From contig JAKZVH010000139.1 of NCBI GenBank assembly GCA_047516145.1, forward strand, positions 1 to 35,034: a DNA stretch of 35,034 bases. Reading direction: 5' to 3'. Positions 9,728 through 18,259 of the stretch are shown here, piece after piece. The notes below the pieces were generated by a model. That model was not told the origin of the DNA. It did no database searches and saw nothing but the letters and a program-made list of their open reading frames with translations. The first letter of the stretch is position 1. Each line of letters begins with the position of its first letter. Source of the DNA: Gammaproteobacteria bacterium (GTDB lineage Bacteria; Pseudomonadota; Gammaproteobacteria; Steroidobacterales; Rariloculaceae). Position numbers and translations under genes: made by a program.

Positions 9728-10795
9728 TCAACCCCGGGGCGCCGGCGACAGCGGTTCGGGTTCCAGTCCCAGTCTCGAAAACAGCGCCCGATCGGCCGCC
9801 TCCTCGGGGTTCCCGGTGGTCAGCAGGGTATCGCCGTAGAAGATCGAATTGGCACCGGCCGCGAAGCACAGGGCCTGCAGTTCGTCGGTGAATTCGCTGC
9901 GCCCGGCGGAGAGGCGCACATGGGCCCGGGGCATGAGGATTCGCGCGGCCGCCACGGTGCGCGCGAACTCCAGCCCGTCCATGTCGTCGGCATCGGCCAG
10001 AGGCGTCCCCGGGACGCGCACCAATCGGTTGATCGGCACGCTCTCGGGTTGAGGGTCCATGGAGGCCAGGGCGTGCAGCAACTCGATGCGATCCTGCCGG
10101 CCCTCGCCCATGCCGAGAATCCCGCCGCAGCAGACGTTCATGCCGGCGGAGCGCACGTGCGCGAGCGTGCGCAGCCGGTCCGCGTAGGTCCGCGTGGTGA
10201 TGATCCTGCCGTAGAAGGCTTCGGACGTGTCCAGGTTGTGGTTGTAGTAGTCGAGTCCCGCGTCGGCGAGCGTCTGTGCCTGGGATTCGGTGAGCAGACC
10301 GAGCGTCGCGCAGGTTTCGAGCCCCAGTTCCCGGACCGCGCCGATCATGGCTCCGATCCGCTCCACCTGGGAATCCTTCGGGCCGCGGTACGCGGCGCCC
10401 ATGCAGAAGCGGGTCGCCCCGGCCGCCTTGGCTTTCGCGGCGGCCTGCTTCACTTCCTCCAGCGTCATCAGGTCCTCCGGCTCAACGCCGGCCTGGTAGC
10501 GGATGCTCTGCGGACAGTAGGCGCAGTCCTCCGGGCAGGCGCCGGTCTTGATGGACAGGAGCGTGGAAATCTGCACGCGGTTCGGATCGAAATGCTGCCG
10601 GTGGACCCGTTGCGCCTCGAAGAGGAGGTCGTTGAACGGCATTTCGAACAGTGCCTTGACCTCATCCAGGCTCCGGTGCTCGCTGAACTTGTTTTGTGCC
10701 GATTGCGCGTACATTTGGGACTGGCTCCCGGGGCGGTATTCGGAGAACTTCGTAGCGGAGTATTGGAACGGATACCGGGGTCTGTCAACTGTCAA
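9728..10795 (-). CDS. bioB: biotin synthase BioB (radical SAM)
   Basis: ..[19 protein letters not shown].. (CxxxCxxC) and colinearity with the E. coli BioB N-terminus (..[32 protein letters not shown]..). The true start may be the internal ATG at 10714 (MYAQSAQ..), giving about 328 aa. Confidence 0.92.
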   Translation of the reverse strand: MTVDRPRYPFQYSATKFSEYRPGSQSQMYAQSAQNKFSEHRSLDEVKALFEMPFNDLLFEAQRVHRQHFDPNRVQISTLLSIKTGACPEDCAYCPQSIRYQAGVEPEDLMTLEEVKQAAAKAKAAGATRFCMGAAYRGPKDSQVERIGAMIGAVRELGLETCATLGLLTESQAQTLADAGLDYYNHNLDTSEAFYGRIITTRTYADRLRTLAHVRSAGMNVCCGGILGMGEGRQDRIELLHALASMDPQPESVPINRLVRVPGTPLADADDMDGLEFARTVAAARILMPRAHVRLSAGRSEFTDELQALCFAAGANSIFYGDTLLTTGNPEEAADRALFSRLGLEPEPLSPAPRG

Positions 10796-10833
10796 TCGGA
10801 GTCAAGCTTTTCAATCTGCTCGCGTCGAGCCTT

Positions 10834-11667
10834 TTGCCGGAGCGTTGCCAAAGCTGCGGCGGACCGGCCAGGGCGGGTCTGTGCGGAGACTGCCGCGCAT
10901 TCATCGGCAGGGTCCGCGACCCGTGCGCCGGGTGCGGTATGGACCGGCCCATCGCCCGCTGCCCGCGCCTCGGCCAGGACTGGCTTCTCGCGAGCGTAGT
11001 CGCGCCGTTCTACTACGAAGCCCCGCTGGATGGGCATATCCAGGCCATGAAGTTCCGCCCGTCCAGGCCCATGGGCCGGGCGTTGGGGCAGCTATTGGCG
11101 GACCATGTGCAACGGCACGGGATCGCGGCCGAAGTGCACGCCATGGTGCCCGTTCCCTTGCACAGGAAACGATTTCTCGAGCGTGGCTTCAACCAGGCCA
11201 TGGAGATTGCCCGGCCGGTCGCAACGGGAACCGGGCTGCCCGTGCTGATCCGCGGCATCGGCCGGCAAACCGACACCCAACCGCAAACGCGGCTGGCAGC
11301 CCGGGAACGCCACGCCAACCTGCGCGGCGCATTCGCCGTTCGCCGGGATCTCCAGGGCATGAGCGTTGCCATCGTCGACGATGTCATCACCACCAGCGCG
11401 ACGGTGAACGCCCTGGCGGCGTCCCTGCGCGACGCCGGCGCCCGCGAAGTGCATGCGTGGGCGCTGGCGCGGGCGGTTCCGGGGAGTGGCTCGCGCCAGG
11501 GCGAGCAGCGGACGCGCAAGCCCGATCAACGGCGCACAGATATAATCTCGCCCATGGCAGGCGATCCCGGATGGAACAGTTGTCCGTACCCGCGGAAGCG
11601 ATCCGCCAAACATGTGCGAGTCACCGATGACCGGCGCGGATCGATTCCCAACCCCCCAGGATCCTGA
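10834..11667 (+). CDS. comF: ComF-family protein (phosphoribosyltransferase-like)
   Basis: N-terminal Cys-rich finger (..CQSCGG..CGDC..CAGCG..) and a PRPP-binding-type motif (..VAIVDDVITTSATV..). The start codon is TTG, so the start is uncertain. The last 60 aa or so are a low-complexity extension. Confidence 0.75.
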   Translation: MPERCQSCGGPARAGLCGDCRAFIGRVRDPCAGCGMDRPIARCPRLGQDWLLASVVAPFYYEAPLDGHIQAMKFRPSRPMGRALGQLLADHVQRHGIAAEVHAMVPVPLHRKRFLERGFNQAMEIARPVATGTGLPVLIRGIGRQTDTQPQTRLAARERHANLRGAFAVRRDLQGMSVAIVDDVITTSATVNALAASLRDAGAREVHAWALARAVPGSGSRQGEQRTRKPDQRRTDIISPMAGDPGWNSCPYPRKRSAKHVRVTDDRRGSIPNPPGS

Positions 11668-11673
11668 ACGGCG

Positions 11674-12816
11674 ATGAATGATCCTCACGCGGGCGGCCAT
11701 CGCATTGTGGTCCTCGGCGGCTACGGGCACTTCGGAGCGAGAATCTGCCGCGGCTTGACGCGAAATTGCGACGCGGAACTGGTCGTGGCCGGGCGCAGCC
11801 GTGTGCGCGCCGATGCTCTCGTGGAAGAACTGCGGCAGATCGACCCGACAAGGACCACCCGATCCGCGGTGCTGGATCATTCGGCGTCCGGGTTCGAAAG
11901 TGACCTGGGAACGCTGGAGCCGTCGATCGTGGTGCATGCCGCCGGGCCGTACCAGGGCCAGAATTACCGCGTCGCCGAGGCCTGCCTGCAGCACCGTTGC
12001 CACTACGTCGATCTGGCCGACGGCCGCGGTTTTGTCTCCGGGTTCTCGCAGCTCGACGCAGCCGCGAGGCGTTCCGGCGTATTGCTGGTAACCGGCGCGA
12101 GCACGTTACCCGGGGTGTCTTCGGCGGTCGTCGAGGATCTCAGTTCGGATTTGTCGAGCATCGAGCGGATCGAGACCGCCATCCTGCCCGCGAATCGAAC
12201 CGAGCGCGGCCGGAGCACGATCGCCGCCGTCTTCAGCTACGTCGGCAAGGAGATCCCCGTTCTCGACAACGGTGAGTGGACCACCCGGTACGGCTGGCAC
12301 GATCTGCGCAGGATCGATCATCCCGCGTGTGCCCGCCTGGCCGGGATTTGCGATGTCCCGGACTTGCAGTTGTTCGCGGACTATTATCCAGGGGTGAAGA
12401 CCGTCACTTTTCACGCTGGACTCGAGTTGGGCTGGCAACAGTGGGGCATGTGGCTTATGGCATGGCTGGCGCGTCTGGGGCTCGTTTCCAATTGGTCGAA
12501 CCACGCCGATGGCTTCGGTCGAGTCAGTGCGCGCCTGATCTCGCTCGGAACCGACATTGGGGGCATGCAGGTTTGCGTTGCCGGACGCGATGGCGCCGGC
12601 AAGCGAGTTGAGAGGACGTGGAATCTGACCGCGGGCAGCAATCACGGCCCGGAGATTCCGTGTATTCCTGCCCGGGTCGTGGCGATGAAGCTGGTCAGGA
12701 ATGCCGTAGCCCAGCGCGGTGCCATGCCGTGTATCGGCTTGATGTCGCTCGGGGAGTTCAAATCCGCGGTGGCGGAATACGATATCGACTGGGATATCGC
12801 TGAGCGGGTCCGGTAA
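11674..12816 (+). CDS. saccharopine dehydrogenase-like NAD(P)-binding protein
   Basis: 380 aa. N-terminal Rossmann motif (..IVVLGGYGHFGARI..) and ..VHAAGPYQG..CHYVDLAD.., typical of the family. Confidence 0.75.
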   Translation: MNDPHAGGHRIVVLGGYGHFGARICRGLTRNCDAELVVAGRSRVRADALVEELRQIDPTRTTRSAVLDHSASGFESDLGTLEPSIVVHAAGPYQGQNYRVAEACLQHRCHYVDLADGRGFVSGFSQLDAAARRSGVLLVTGASTLPGVSSAVVEDLSSDLSSIERIETAILPANRTERGRSTIAAVFSYVGKEIPVLDNGEWTTRYGWHDLRRIDHPACARLAGICDVPDLQLFADYYPGVKTVTFHAGLELGWQQWGMWLMAWLARLGLVSNWSNHADGFGRVSARLISLGTDIGGMQVCVAGRDGAGKRVERTWNLTAGSNHGPEIPCIPARVVAMKLVRNAVAQRGAMPCIGLMSLGEFKSAVAEYDIDWDIAERVR

Positions 12817-12822
12817 GTCGGG

Positions 12823-13308
12823 ATGCTCTACTTCTTCATCAAGCTCGTTCATATCGTCAGCGCGACGCTGATCCTCGGTACGGGGATCGGAACGGCGTTC
12901 TTCATGTTGACCGCCTACCGAAGCCGGGACGTGTCCGCGATCAAGGTCACGAGCCGTCACGTCGTCCTTGCCGACTGGATTTTTACGACGCCGGCTGTTG
13001 TACTACAGCTCGCGACAGGACTGTGGCTGACTTCCTATCTGCGTATTGCGTATGGTTCCGCCTGGCTGATTTCCGTGCTTGCGTTGTTTGCCCTGGTCGG
13101 CGCGTGCTGGCTGCCGGTCGTGTGGATACAGCTCAGGCTGAGCCGGTTGATCGACGCGAGCGTTGACGGAATTCTACCCAGGCAGTTTTCGCCGCTGATG
13201 CGCATCTGGATAGCTCTCGGGATACCTGCGTTCGTGCTGACACTGCTGCTGTTCTGGCTGATGGTGTTCAAGCCGGGAGTCAACCGGATATGGGTTGGGG
13301 TACATTGA
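12823..13308 (+). CDS. DUF2269-family integral membrane protein
   Basis: 161 aa with 4 TM-like segments. The N-terminus MLYFFIKLVHIVSATLILGTGIGTAFF.. matches my recollection of DUF2269. ATG lies 6 nt after the preceding stop. Confidence 0.65.
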   Translation: MLYFFIKLVHIVSATLILGTGIGTAFFMLTAYRSRDVSAIKVTSRHVVLADWIFTTPAVVLQLATGLWLTSYLRIAYGSAWLISVLALFALVGACWLPVVWIQLRLSRLIDASVDGILPRQFSPLMRIWIALGIPAFVLTLLLFWLMVFKPGVNRIWVGVH

Positions 13309-13385
13309 GCGCCGGCGGAGCGGGCGATCGAACGCGGCGCAGGAGATGCGATGGCGAATCGGTTGGAGGATGAGGGAGCGGAAAC

Positions 13386-13838
13386 ATGGTTTGGTGGGGC
13401 TGGTTGATCGTCGGATTGCTGTTGATGGGCGCGGAGTTGGGCGCGGTCGACGCTGCGTTCTATCTCATCTTCGTGGGTGCCGCGGCAATCTGCCTCGGAC
13501 TCGTGGGCCTGGCCGGCGTGACGTTGCCGATCTGGGGGCAGTGGCTGCTGTTTTCCGTGTTGGCTATCGCTTCGATGGTGCTGTTCAGGCAGAAGCTCTA
13601 CAACAAGCTCCGGGCCGGCGCGGCGGGATTCGGGAATACGGCCGTGGGTACGTTGGTGACAGTGAGCGAGAACGTCCCCCAAGGGGGCCAGACGCGGGTC
13701 GGAATGCGGGGGTCGCAGTGGACGGCCGTGAATGTCGGGACGGCACCCATCGCAGCGGGCGCGGATGCCCGGGTGGTGAAGGCCGACGGAGTGGATCTGA
13801 GGATTGAGGGGTTGCCGGGCGAACCGGCCGCCGACTGA
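13386..13838 (+). CDS. NfeD-family membrane protein (short form)
   Basis: 150 aa. Hydrophobic N-terminal half plus an OB-like C-terminal segment (..VGMRGSQWTAVNVG..GADARVVKADGVDLRI..). GGGAG lies 7 nt upstream of the ATG. Directly precedes the SPFH gene. Confidence 0.8.
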   Translation: MVWWGWLIVGLLLMGAELGAVDAAFYLIFVGAAAICLGLVGLAGVTLPIWGQWLLFSVLAIASMVLFRQKLYNKLRAGAAGFGNTAVGTLVTVSENVPQGGQTRVGMRGSQWTAVNVGTAPIAAGADARVVKADGVDLRIEGLPGEPAAD

Positions 13839-13859
13839 TCGAAAACAAGGGAGTTATTC

Positions 13860-14798
13860 ATGGACATGAGTTTCATCGCAGCCGTGGCGCTGGCCATCGT
13901 GGCAATTACCGTCGTCATCAAGACGGCCGTGGTCGTGCCGCAGCAGAATGCCTACATCATCGAGAACCTGGGCAAGTACTCGAGAACGCTGGGGGCGGGA
14001 TTCAGCATTCTCATTCCGTTTCTTGAACGGGTCGCCTACCGCCACACGCTCAAGGAACAGGCCCACGATGTCGAGGAGCAGGTCTGCATCACCTCGGACA
14101 ATGTCCAGGTCGGGGTGGACGGCGTCCTCTACCTCCAGGTGATGGACGCCCAAAAGGCTTCCTACGGGATCGGCGACTACCTCTTCGCCATCGCCCAGCT
14201 TGCCCAGACCACCCTGCGTAGCGAGATCGGCAAGATCGAGTTGGACAAGACCTTCGAGGAACGAAGCCACATCAATTTGCGCGTGGTCGAGGAACTCGAC
14301 CAGGCATCCAACCCCTGGGGCGTGAAGGTGCTCCGCTACGAAATCAAGAATATCAACCCGCCGAGAGACGTGCTGACGGCGATGGAAAAGCAGATGCGCG
14401 CGGAGCGTGAGAAGCGAGCTACGGTGTTGGAGTCCGAGGGTGAGCGGGATGCGAAGATCAACGAGGCCGAGGGCGAAAAGCGGCGCGTCATCAAGGAGTC
14501 GGAAGCCTCCAAGCTGCAGCAGATAAACGAAGCGCAGGGCGAGGCCGCCGCCATCCTGGCCGTCGCCGAGGCCACGGCCGAAGGACTCAAGAAGGTCGCC
14601 GAAGCGCTCACCTCGGAAGGCGGCGACAAGGCCATGCAGCTAAGGGTTGCCGAGGACTACCTGGAGCGGTTCGGCAACCTGGCGAAGGAGGGCAACACGC
14701 TGATCGTGCCGGCGAATCTGAGTGACGTTGCGGCGATGATCGGTGTCGCCACGACCGTCTTCAAGCACACGGCGGATGGCGCGGCAGCGGGGGGGTGA
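13860..14798 (+). CDS. SPFH/Band-7 (stomatin/paraslipin-like) protein
   Basis: 312 aa. N-terminal TM anchor, then an SPFH core (..VVPQQNAYIIENLGKY..ITSDNVQVGVDGVLYLQV..TTLRSEIGKIELDKTFEER..) and a Glu/Ala-rich coiled-coil tail. AAGGGAG RBS upstream. Confidence 0.9.
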   Translation: MDMSFIAAVALAIVAITVVIKTAVVVPQQNAYIIENLGKYSRTLGAGFSILIPFLERVAYRHTLKEQAHDVEEQVCITSDNVQVGVDGVLYLQVMDAQKASYGIGDYLFAIAQLAQTTLRSEIGKIELDKTFEERSHINLRVVEELDQASNPWGVKVLRYEIKNINPPRDVLTAMEKQMRAEREKRATVLESEGERDAKINEAEGEKRRVIKESEASKLQQINEAQGEAAAILAVAEATAEGLKKVAEALTSEGGDKAMQLRVAEDYLERFGNLAKEGNTLIVPANLSDVAAMIGVATTVFKHTADGAAAGG

Positions 14799-14888
14799 TG
14801 CGGGGATCGAGGCCGTGCGAGCGGCAGTCGCCGGCGCCCGGGAATTCGGTCCGATCGATTCCAGCCATCGTTGAGTGAGCACACACGA

Positions 14889-15077
14889 ATGAAAATCCCG
14901 TTTTTTGGCCGGCACCACCTCGGTGGAATCCTGGTCGGCGCGTTGATCGGATTGACGCTCGGGGTGTTGGCGCTCGGGGCTCCCGCTGGAATCGTGGTTG
15001 GCGGTATCGCTGGAGGCATAGCGGGTGAGTTCGTCGGGCTTTTTTTCGGCTTCCGGTCGCGGAACGCGTCTCGATAG
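14889..15077 (+). CDS. small glycine-zipper membrane protein (hypothetical)
   Basis: 62 aa from ATG 14889 (the track ORF starts at TTG 14871). GxxxG-rich hydrophobic core (..GGILVGALIGLTLGVLALGAPAGIVVGGIAGGIAGEFVG..). Weak RBS and no family assignment. Confidence 0.4.
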   Translation: MKIPFFGRHHLGGILVGALIGLTLGVLALGAPAGIVVGGIAGGIAGEFVGLFFGFRSRNASR

Positions 15078-15176
15078 GTTTTCCTGTCGATCTCTCGTGC
15101 GTGGCAACGCTTGACAGCGCGCAGGAGCATCGTCCAATCCATCGCGTAAACTCCGGATTCGGTACCGATACTCATC

Positions 15177-15971
15177 ATGGATGCTGGCGTGGTGGCTAAA
15201 TACGATCGGATCGGCGACAGCTACGATAGTACCCGGCGGCCCGACCCCCGCATCGCCGTCCGCCTCCTCACGCTGTTGGACGCGGCCCCCGGCGCTACGG
15301 TGCTGGATGTGGCCTGCGGCACGGCGAACTACACGTCCGTTCTTGCGAACCGGGGACTGACCATGGTTGGCGTGGACCTGTCCCGGGTCATGCTCGCCCG
15401 AGCCCGGACCAAGGGCGTTTCCCTACCCCTCGTGCGCGCCGATGGCGCCGCGTTGCCCTTCGCCGATGGCGCCTTTGCCCACGCGGTTACGACCCTGGCG
15501 ATCCACCATATGGCGGACCTGACGGCTGTCTTTGCCGGCGTCCGGCGGGTGGTGGCCGAGGGCGGGCGCTACGTGATCTTTTCCGCGCTGCCGGAGCAGG
15601 TTCGGGGTTATTGGCTGGCGACTTATTTCCCTGCCATGATGAGGGCTGCCGTGCGTGCGTGCCCCGCTCGAAAGACGGTGGACGAAGCGCTTTCTACCGC
15701 AGGCTTCCGATTGGTCCATACGATGCCCTGGGACGTGCCGCCCGATCTCACGGACCTGTTCCTATACGCGGGCAAGGACCGGCCCGAACTCTATTTCGAT
15801 GCGGGTTTCCGGAACGGCATTTCGGTTTTTCGGGAACACGCGAGCGCGGAGCTTGACGAGGGTCTCTCCAAGCTGCGCGCGGACCTGGACTCGGGCCGCT
15901 GGCTGGAGGTTCGCGCGAGCGTCGACCGGGGTCGCGGCGACTATTGTTTCTTCGTTGCCGAGGCGAATTAG
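15177..15971 (+). CDS. class I SAM-dependent methyltransferase
   Basis: 264 aa. Motif I ..VLDVACGTANYT.. and post-I/II ..VGVDLS..ADGAALPFADGAF... Confidence 0.85.
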   Translation: MDAGVVAKYDRIGDSYDSTRRPDPRIAVRLLTLLDAAPGATVLDVACGTANYTSVLANRGLTMVGVDLSRVMLARARTKGVSLPLVRADGAALPFADGAFAHAVTTLAIHHMADLTAVFAGVRRVVAEGGRYVIFSALPEQVRGYWLATYFPAMMRAAVRACPARKTVDEALSTAGFRLVHTMPWDVPPDLTDLFLYAGKDRPELYFDAGFRNGISVFREHASAELDEGLSKLRADLDSGRWLEVRASVDRGRGDYCFFVAEAN

Positions 15972-15995
15972 CCGCGGGCCTGATCGCCCGGGTCG

Positions 15996-16068
15996 GCGGG
16001 ACAGGGACCGGCGGGAACTCCATTTCGACGAAGGTTTCCGGAGCGGCATTTCGGCCTTCCGGGAACAG
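15996..16068 (+). pseudogene. diverged partial copy of the 3' region of the preceding methyltransferase gene
   Basis: Hand alignment of 15768-15838 with 15996-16068 gives about 80% identity with one 1-nt indel. The peptides correspond: ELYFDAGFRNGISVFREH versus ELHFDEGFRSGISAFREQ. No upstream coding part is present. Confidence 0.7.
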
Positions 16069-16501
16069 AAGTCACGACACCCAACGCAGCTCCGGTTTCT
16101 TGACCGACTCCGCGCATTCACGAAGATACCGGATGGTAACCAAAGTGATTCTTACGTATTCCACACGAAATGTACCACTGATTCCCGCGTTGTCTCACCG
16201 AAATGCGATCATATTCGTGTCGGCGGAACCGGACCGCAATGCTGAGCCATGACGCCTCACAGATCGACCGCGGACTCGATGCCATGGATTGCGAAGATCT
16301 CCGCGAGAAATTTCCTTGCAATGCCGTTTCCCCGATAATACGGCACGCTCCGCTTATCTTGATGCAACATTCGCCACAGAACCGGCGCTGGATGGGGAAT
16401 GTAGGGTGGGGGTGTATTTTGGCGGCGCGGACCGGGTTATTGACGAAACAGACGGTATAGACCAGTATGGGGCAGCGTTTTCAACGCTCCGGAGGAATGC
16501 G

Positions 16502-17101
16502 ATGGCTCGGGCCAGGGGTGAAAAGGTGCGCGATCTGGAGGGCATGCTCCACGAGGCCGCCGGCTGTCTCAGCCCGGCGCATGTGGCGGCCCTGGTCGCC
16601 CATCCGGATGCCGTGCGCTCGGCGCTGGCGGTGGCGGCGGACGTGCTGACAAAGGACGAGGCGGCGCGGCCCGCGGTCGAGGCGATCGCGGGCGCCGAGC
16701 CCCTCCGGATCGGCGCCGAAGAGGCGGCCGGGCGGATGGCGGAGCGCACGCGCGAGGGCGCGCCCGAGGTGCTGCTGACCTCGGACGAGCTGGCGGCGCG
16801 AGTCGGGCTCAAGACCCGGCAATCGGTCCATGACTGGCTGAAGAAGGGCAGGATCGTGGGCTGGCGGGGCGCCAAGCGCGGCTACGTCTTCCCGGCGGAG
16901 CAGTTCGACGACCGGGGCCGGCCACTCGCAGGCCTCGAACGCGTAATCGGGCTGTTCGGCGACGGCTATGTCGCCTGGGTATGGCTGACGACGCGGCGGT
17001 CCTCGCTCGACGGCGCCAAGCCGCTGACGCTGCTGGCCGGGGGCGAGGCCGACCGCGTGGCGAAGGCCGCGGAGGGAGACAAGCAGGGCGACTTTGCGTG
17101 A
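16502..17101 (+). CDS. antitoxin, HTH plus Xre/MbcA/ParS-type toxin-binding (DUF2384-like) domain
   Basis: C-terminal ..WLTTRRSSLDGAKPLTLLAGGEADRVAKAAEGD.. fits the DUF2384 pattern, preceded by HTH-like ..LTSDELAARVGLKTRQSVHDWLKKGRIV... I prefer ATG 16502 (GGAGGA 5 nt upstream) over the track start at 16289. Its stop overlaps the GTG of the RES gene (GTGA). Confidence 0.75.
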   Translation: MARARGEKVRDLEGMLHEAAGCLSPAHVAALVAHPDAVRSALAVAADVLTKDEAARPAVEAIAGAEPLRIGAEEAAGRMAERTREGAPEVLLTSDELAARVGLKTRQSVHDWLKKGRIVGWRGAKRGYVFPAEQFDDRGRPLAGLERVIGLFGDGYVAWVWLTTRRSSLDGAKPLTLLAGGEADRVAKAAEGDKQGDFA

Positions 17102-17572
17102 CCGGCGAATACGACCGGGAACTTTTGCGCTCGCGGCTGCGCGACGTCCGGCTCGGGCGGGTATTCCGCGTGATCCATCGCGACCGCCGCACGACCCCGC
17201 TACGGGCGGCGCCGGCGCCGAGCCGGTTCAGCGATCCACAGGGGCGCTACGCGGTGCTGTATGCGTCGGAGGCGGTGCGCTGCGCGTTCTGGGAGGTCCT
17301 CTGGGACGCAACCGCTTCACGCGCCGCCGCACGACGGCAATCATGCGGCGGGCCGCGCCCTGTCGGCCGCCGTCCATGCCAACCTGCCGGAGGCGGACGG
17401 GTTCCTGTTCCCGTCGCGGTTCACCGGTCACGCCTGCGTGGCCGTGTTCGAGCGGGCCTTCCGCAAGCTGACGGCGCTCGACATCGCCGACCTTGCCGCG
17501 CATGTCGAATTCCTGGACGCTCTGGACGATTACGACATCGTGCTGACGGAGGCGCCGGGGTCGCGGGGATGA
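17098..17572 (+). pseudogene. RES-domain toxin gene, disrupted by two apparent 1-nt deletions
   Basis: RES signature residues are split over frames. Frame 1 has ..PSRFSDPQGRYAVLYASEAVRCAFWEVLWD. Frame 3 continues RNRFTRRRTTAIMRRAA. Frame 2 continues GRALSAAVHANLPEADGFLFPSRFTGHACVAVFERAF... Length is 475 nt (1 mod 3). The shifts lie near 17305-17309 and 17345-17362. Confidence 0.7.
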
Positions 17573-17597
17573 CAAGGTGGAGATTGCCGGATTCCGG

Positions 17598-17741
17598 AAT
17601 CGCGCGTTCGACCACCGCTCGCGGATCGCCCACACCGCCAATGGCGCTCAGCCGTACCGATCGGTTTCCGTGGACTCTATGGAACGCGCTGAGGTACCGG
17701 GGCTCCGTCAATGCTCCTTCAGTGACAACCACAATGCGCGC
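17598..17741 (-). pseudogene. N-terminal fragment of an RloB/AbiLii-like protein
   Basis: Hand translation of the minus strand gives ..RIVVVTEGALTEPRYLSAFHRVHGNRSVRLSAIGGVGDPRAVVERAI... It resembles the RloB N-terminal CEGxxTEPxYF ... G..DP..vv..A signature. The frame opens only at 17771 and runs into the RES gene 3' end. No C-terminal domain and no partner ATPase are present. Confidence 0.45.
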
Positions 17742-17791
17742 GGCGGGAGAACGGGTAGCAGCCCGGCTATTTCAGCTACCCGCCAATCGCC

Positions 17792-18148
17792 TCAAAGGCT
17801 GTAGGTCAGATTGACTCCAATCTCGCGCGGGTCCCTGGGGATGAACCAGAAGTTGCTGTTGTTCGGTATCTGATTGTAGTCCGTGGCTTCGCTGACTCTG
17901 CGCGGCGTGTCGTTATCCGTCAGATTCCGGCCGTATATCCTCAGATCCCAGTTGTCGTTTCTGAAGTTCACGCTGGCATTGAGTGTCTGGGTTACCGGCA
18001 ACGCCATCAGCTCCACGTCATCCAGGAACTGCTCGCCGATATTGCGCCAGTCCATTGTGGAGATGGCGCTGGTCAATGCAACCTGGTTGTCGGCCAGGAT
18101 CGCGTTGACACTGCACTCGAGGTTCGTCATGACCTCCTCTTCGAGCAT
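17792..18148 (-). pseudogene. C-terminal remnant of a TonB-dependent receptor
   Basis: 118-aa ORF ending ..WDLRIYGRNLTDNDTP..NFWFIPRDPREIGVNLTYSL, like the last beta-strands of TBDRs. The plug and most of the barrel (usually more than 600 aa) are absent. The segment is visibly AT-richer. Confidence 0.6.
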
Positions 18149-18259
18149 CGCCCAATGTCGTTACGAATCGGGCACAATGTGCCTATCGTCAAAAGTTCGC
18201 CTCAAAGTGGGTTGTCGCGTTGTGCCTCCAGCAATTGCGTCCAAGATGAGCGCACCGTC

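Noticed and set aside
9017-10999. Very long ORFs antisense to recognised genes: 9017..10999 (660 aa), 26014..28251 (745 aa), 3460..4776, 5449..6720, 23522..24670
   Set aside because: Each lies opposite a gene with unmistakable family motifs (bioC/bioB, spoT, trkA, uvrD, recG). Their translations are Arg/Gly/Pro/Ala-rich low-complexity sequence with no motifs. Such stop-free shadow frames are expected in GC-rich DNA.
16257-16350. Minus-strand peptide ..VPYYRGNGIARKFLAEIFAIHGIESAVDL*, resembling a GNAT motif A (RxxGxA) or a degenerate Fic motif (GNGRxxR)
   Set aside because: Only about 25 residues are involved, they fit two unrelated families equally loosely, and there is no upstream domain or start. 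The match is too short to call without a profile search. It may be one more remnant in the decayed patch.
16289-16501. N-terminal 71 codons of the track ORF for the antitoxin (270-aa version)
   Set aside because: This part is AT-richer and motif-free. A strong GGAGGA lies 5 nt before the internal ATG at 16502. I treat it as non-coding or remnant sequence, but the longer form cannot be excluded.
17590-17601. Perfect 12-bp palindrome GATTCCGGAATC just downstream of the RES gene
   Set aside because: It is short, isolated, lies inside the RloB-like remnant coding frame and has no second copy. There is no evidence that it is an operator or recombination site.
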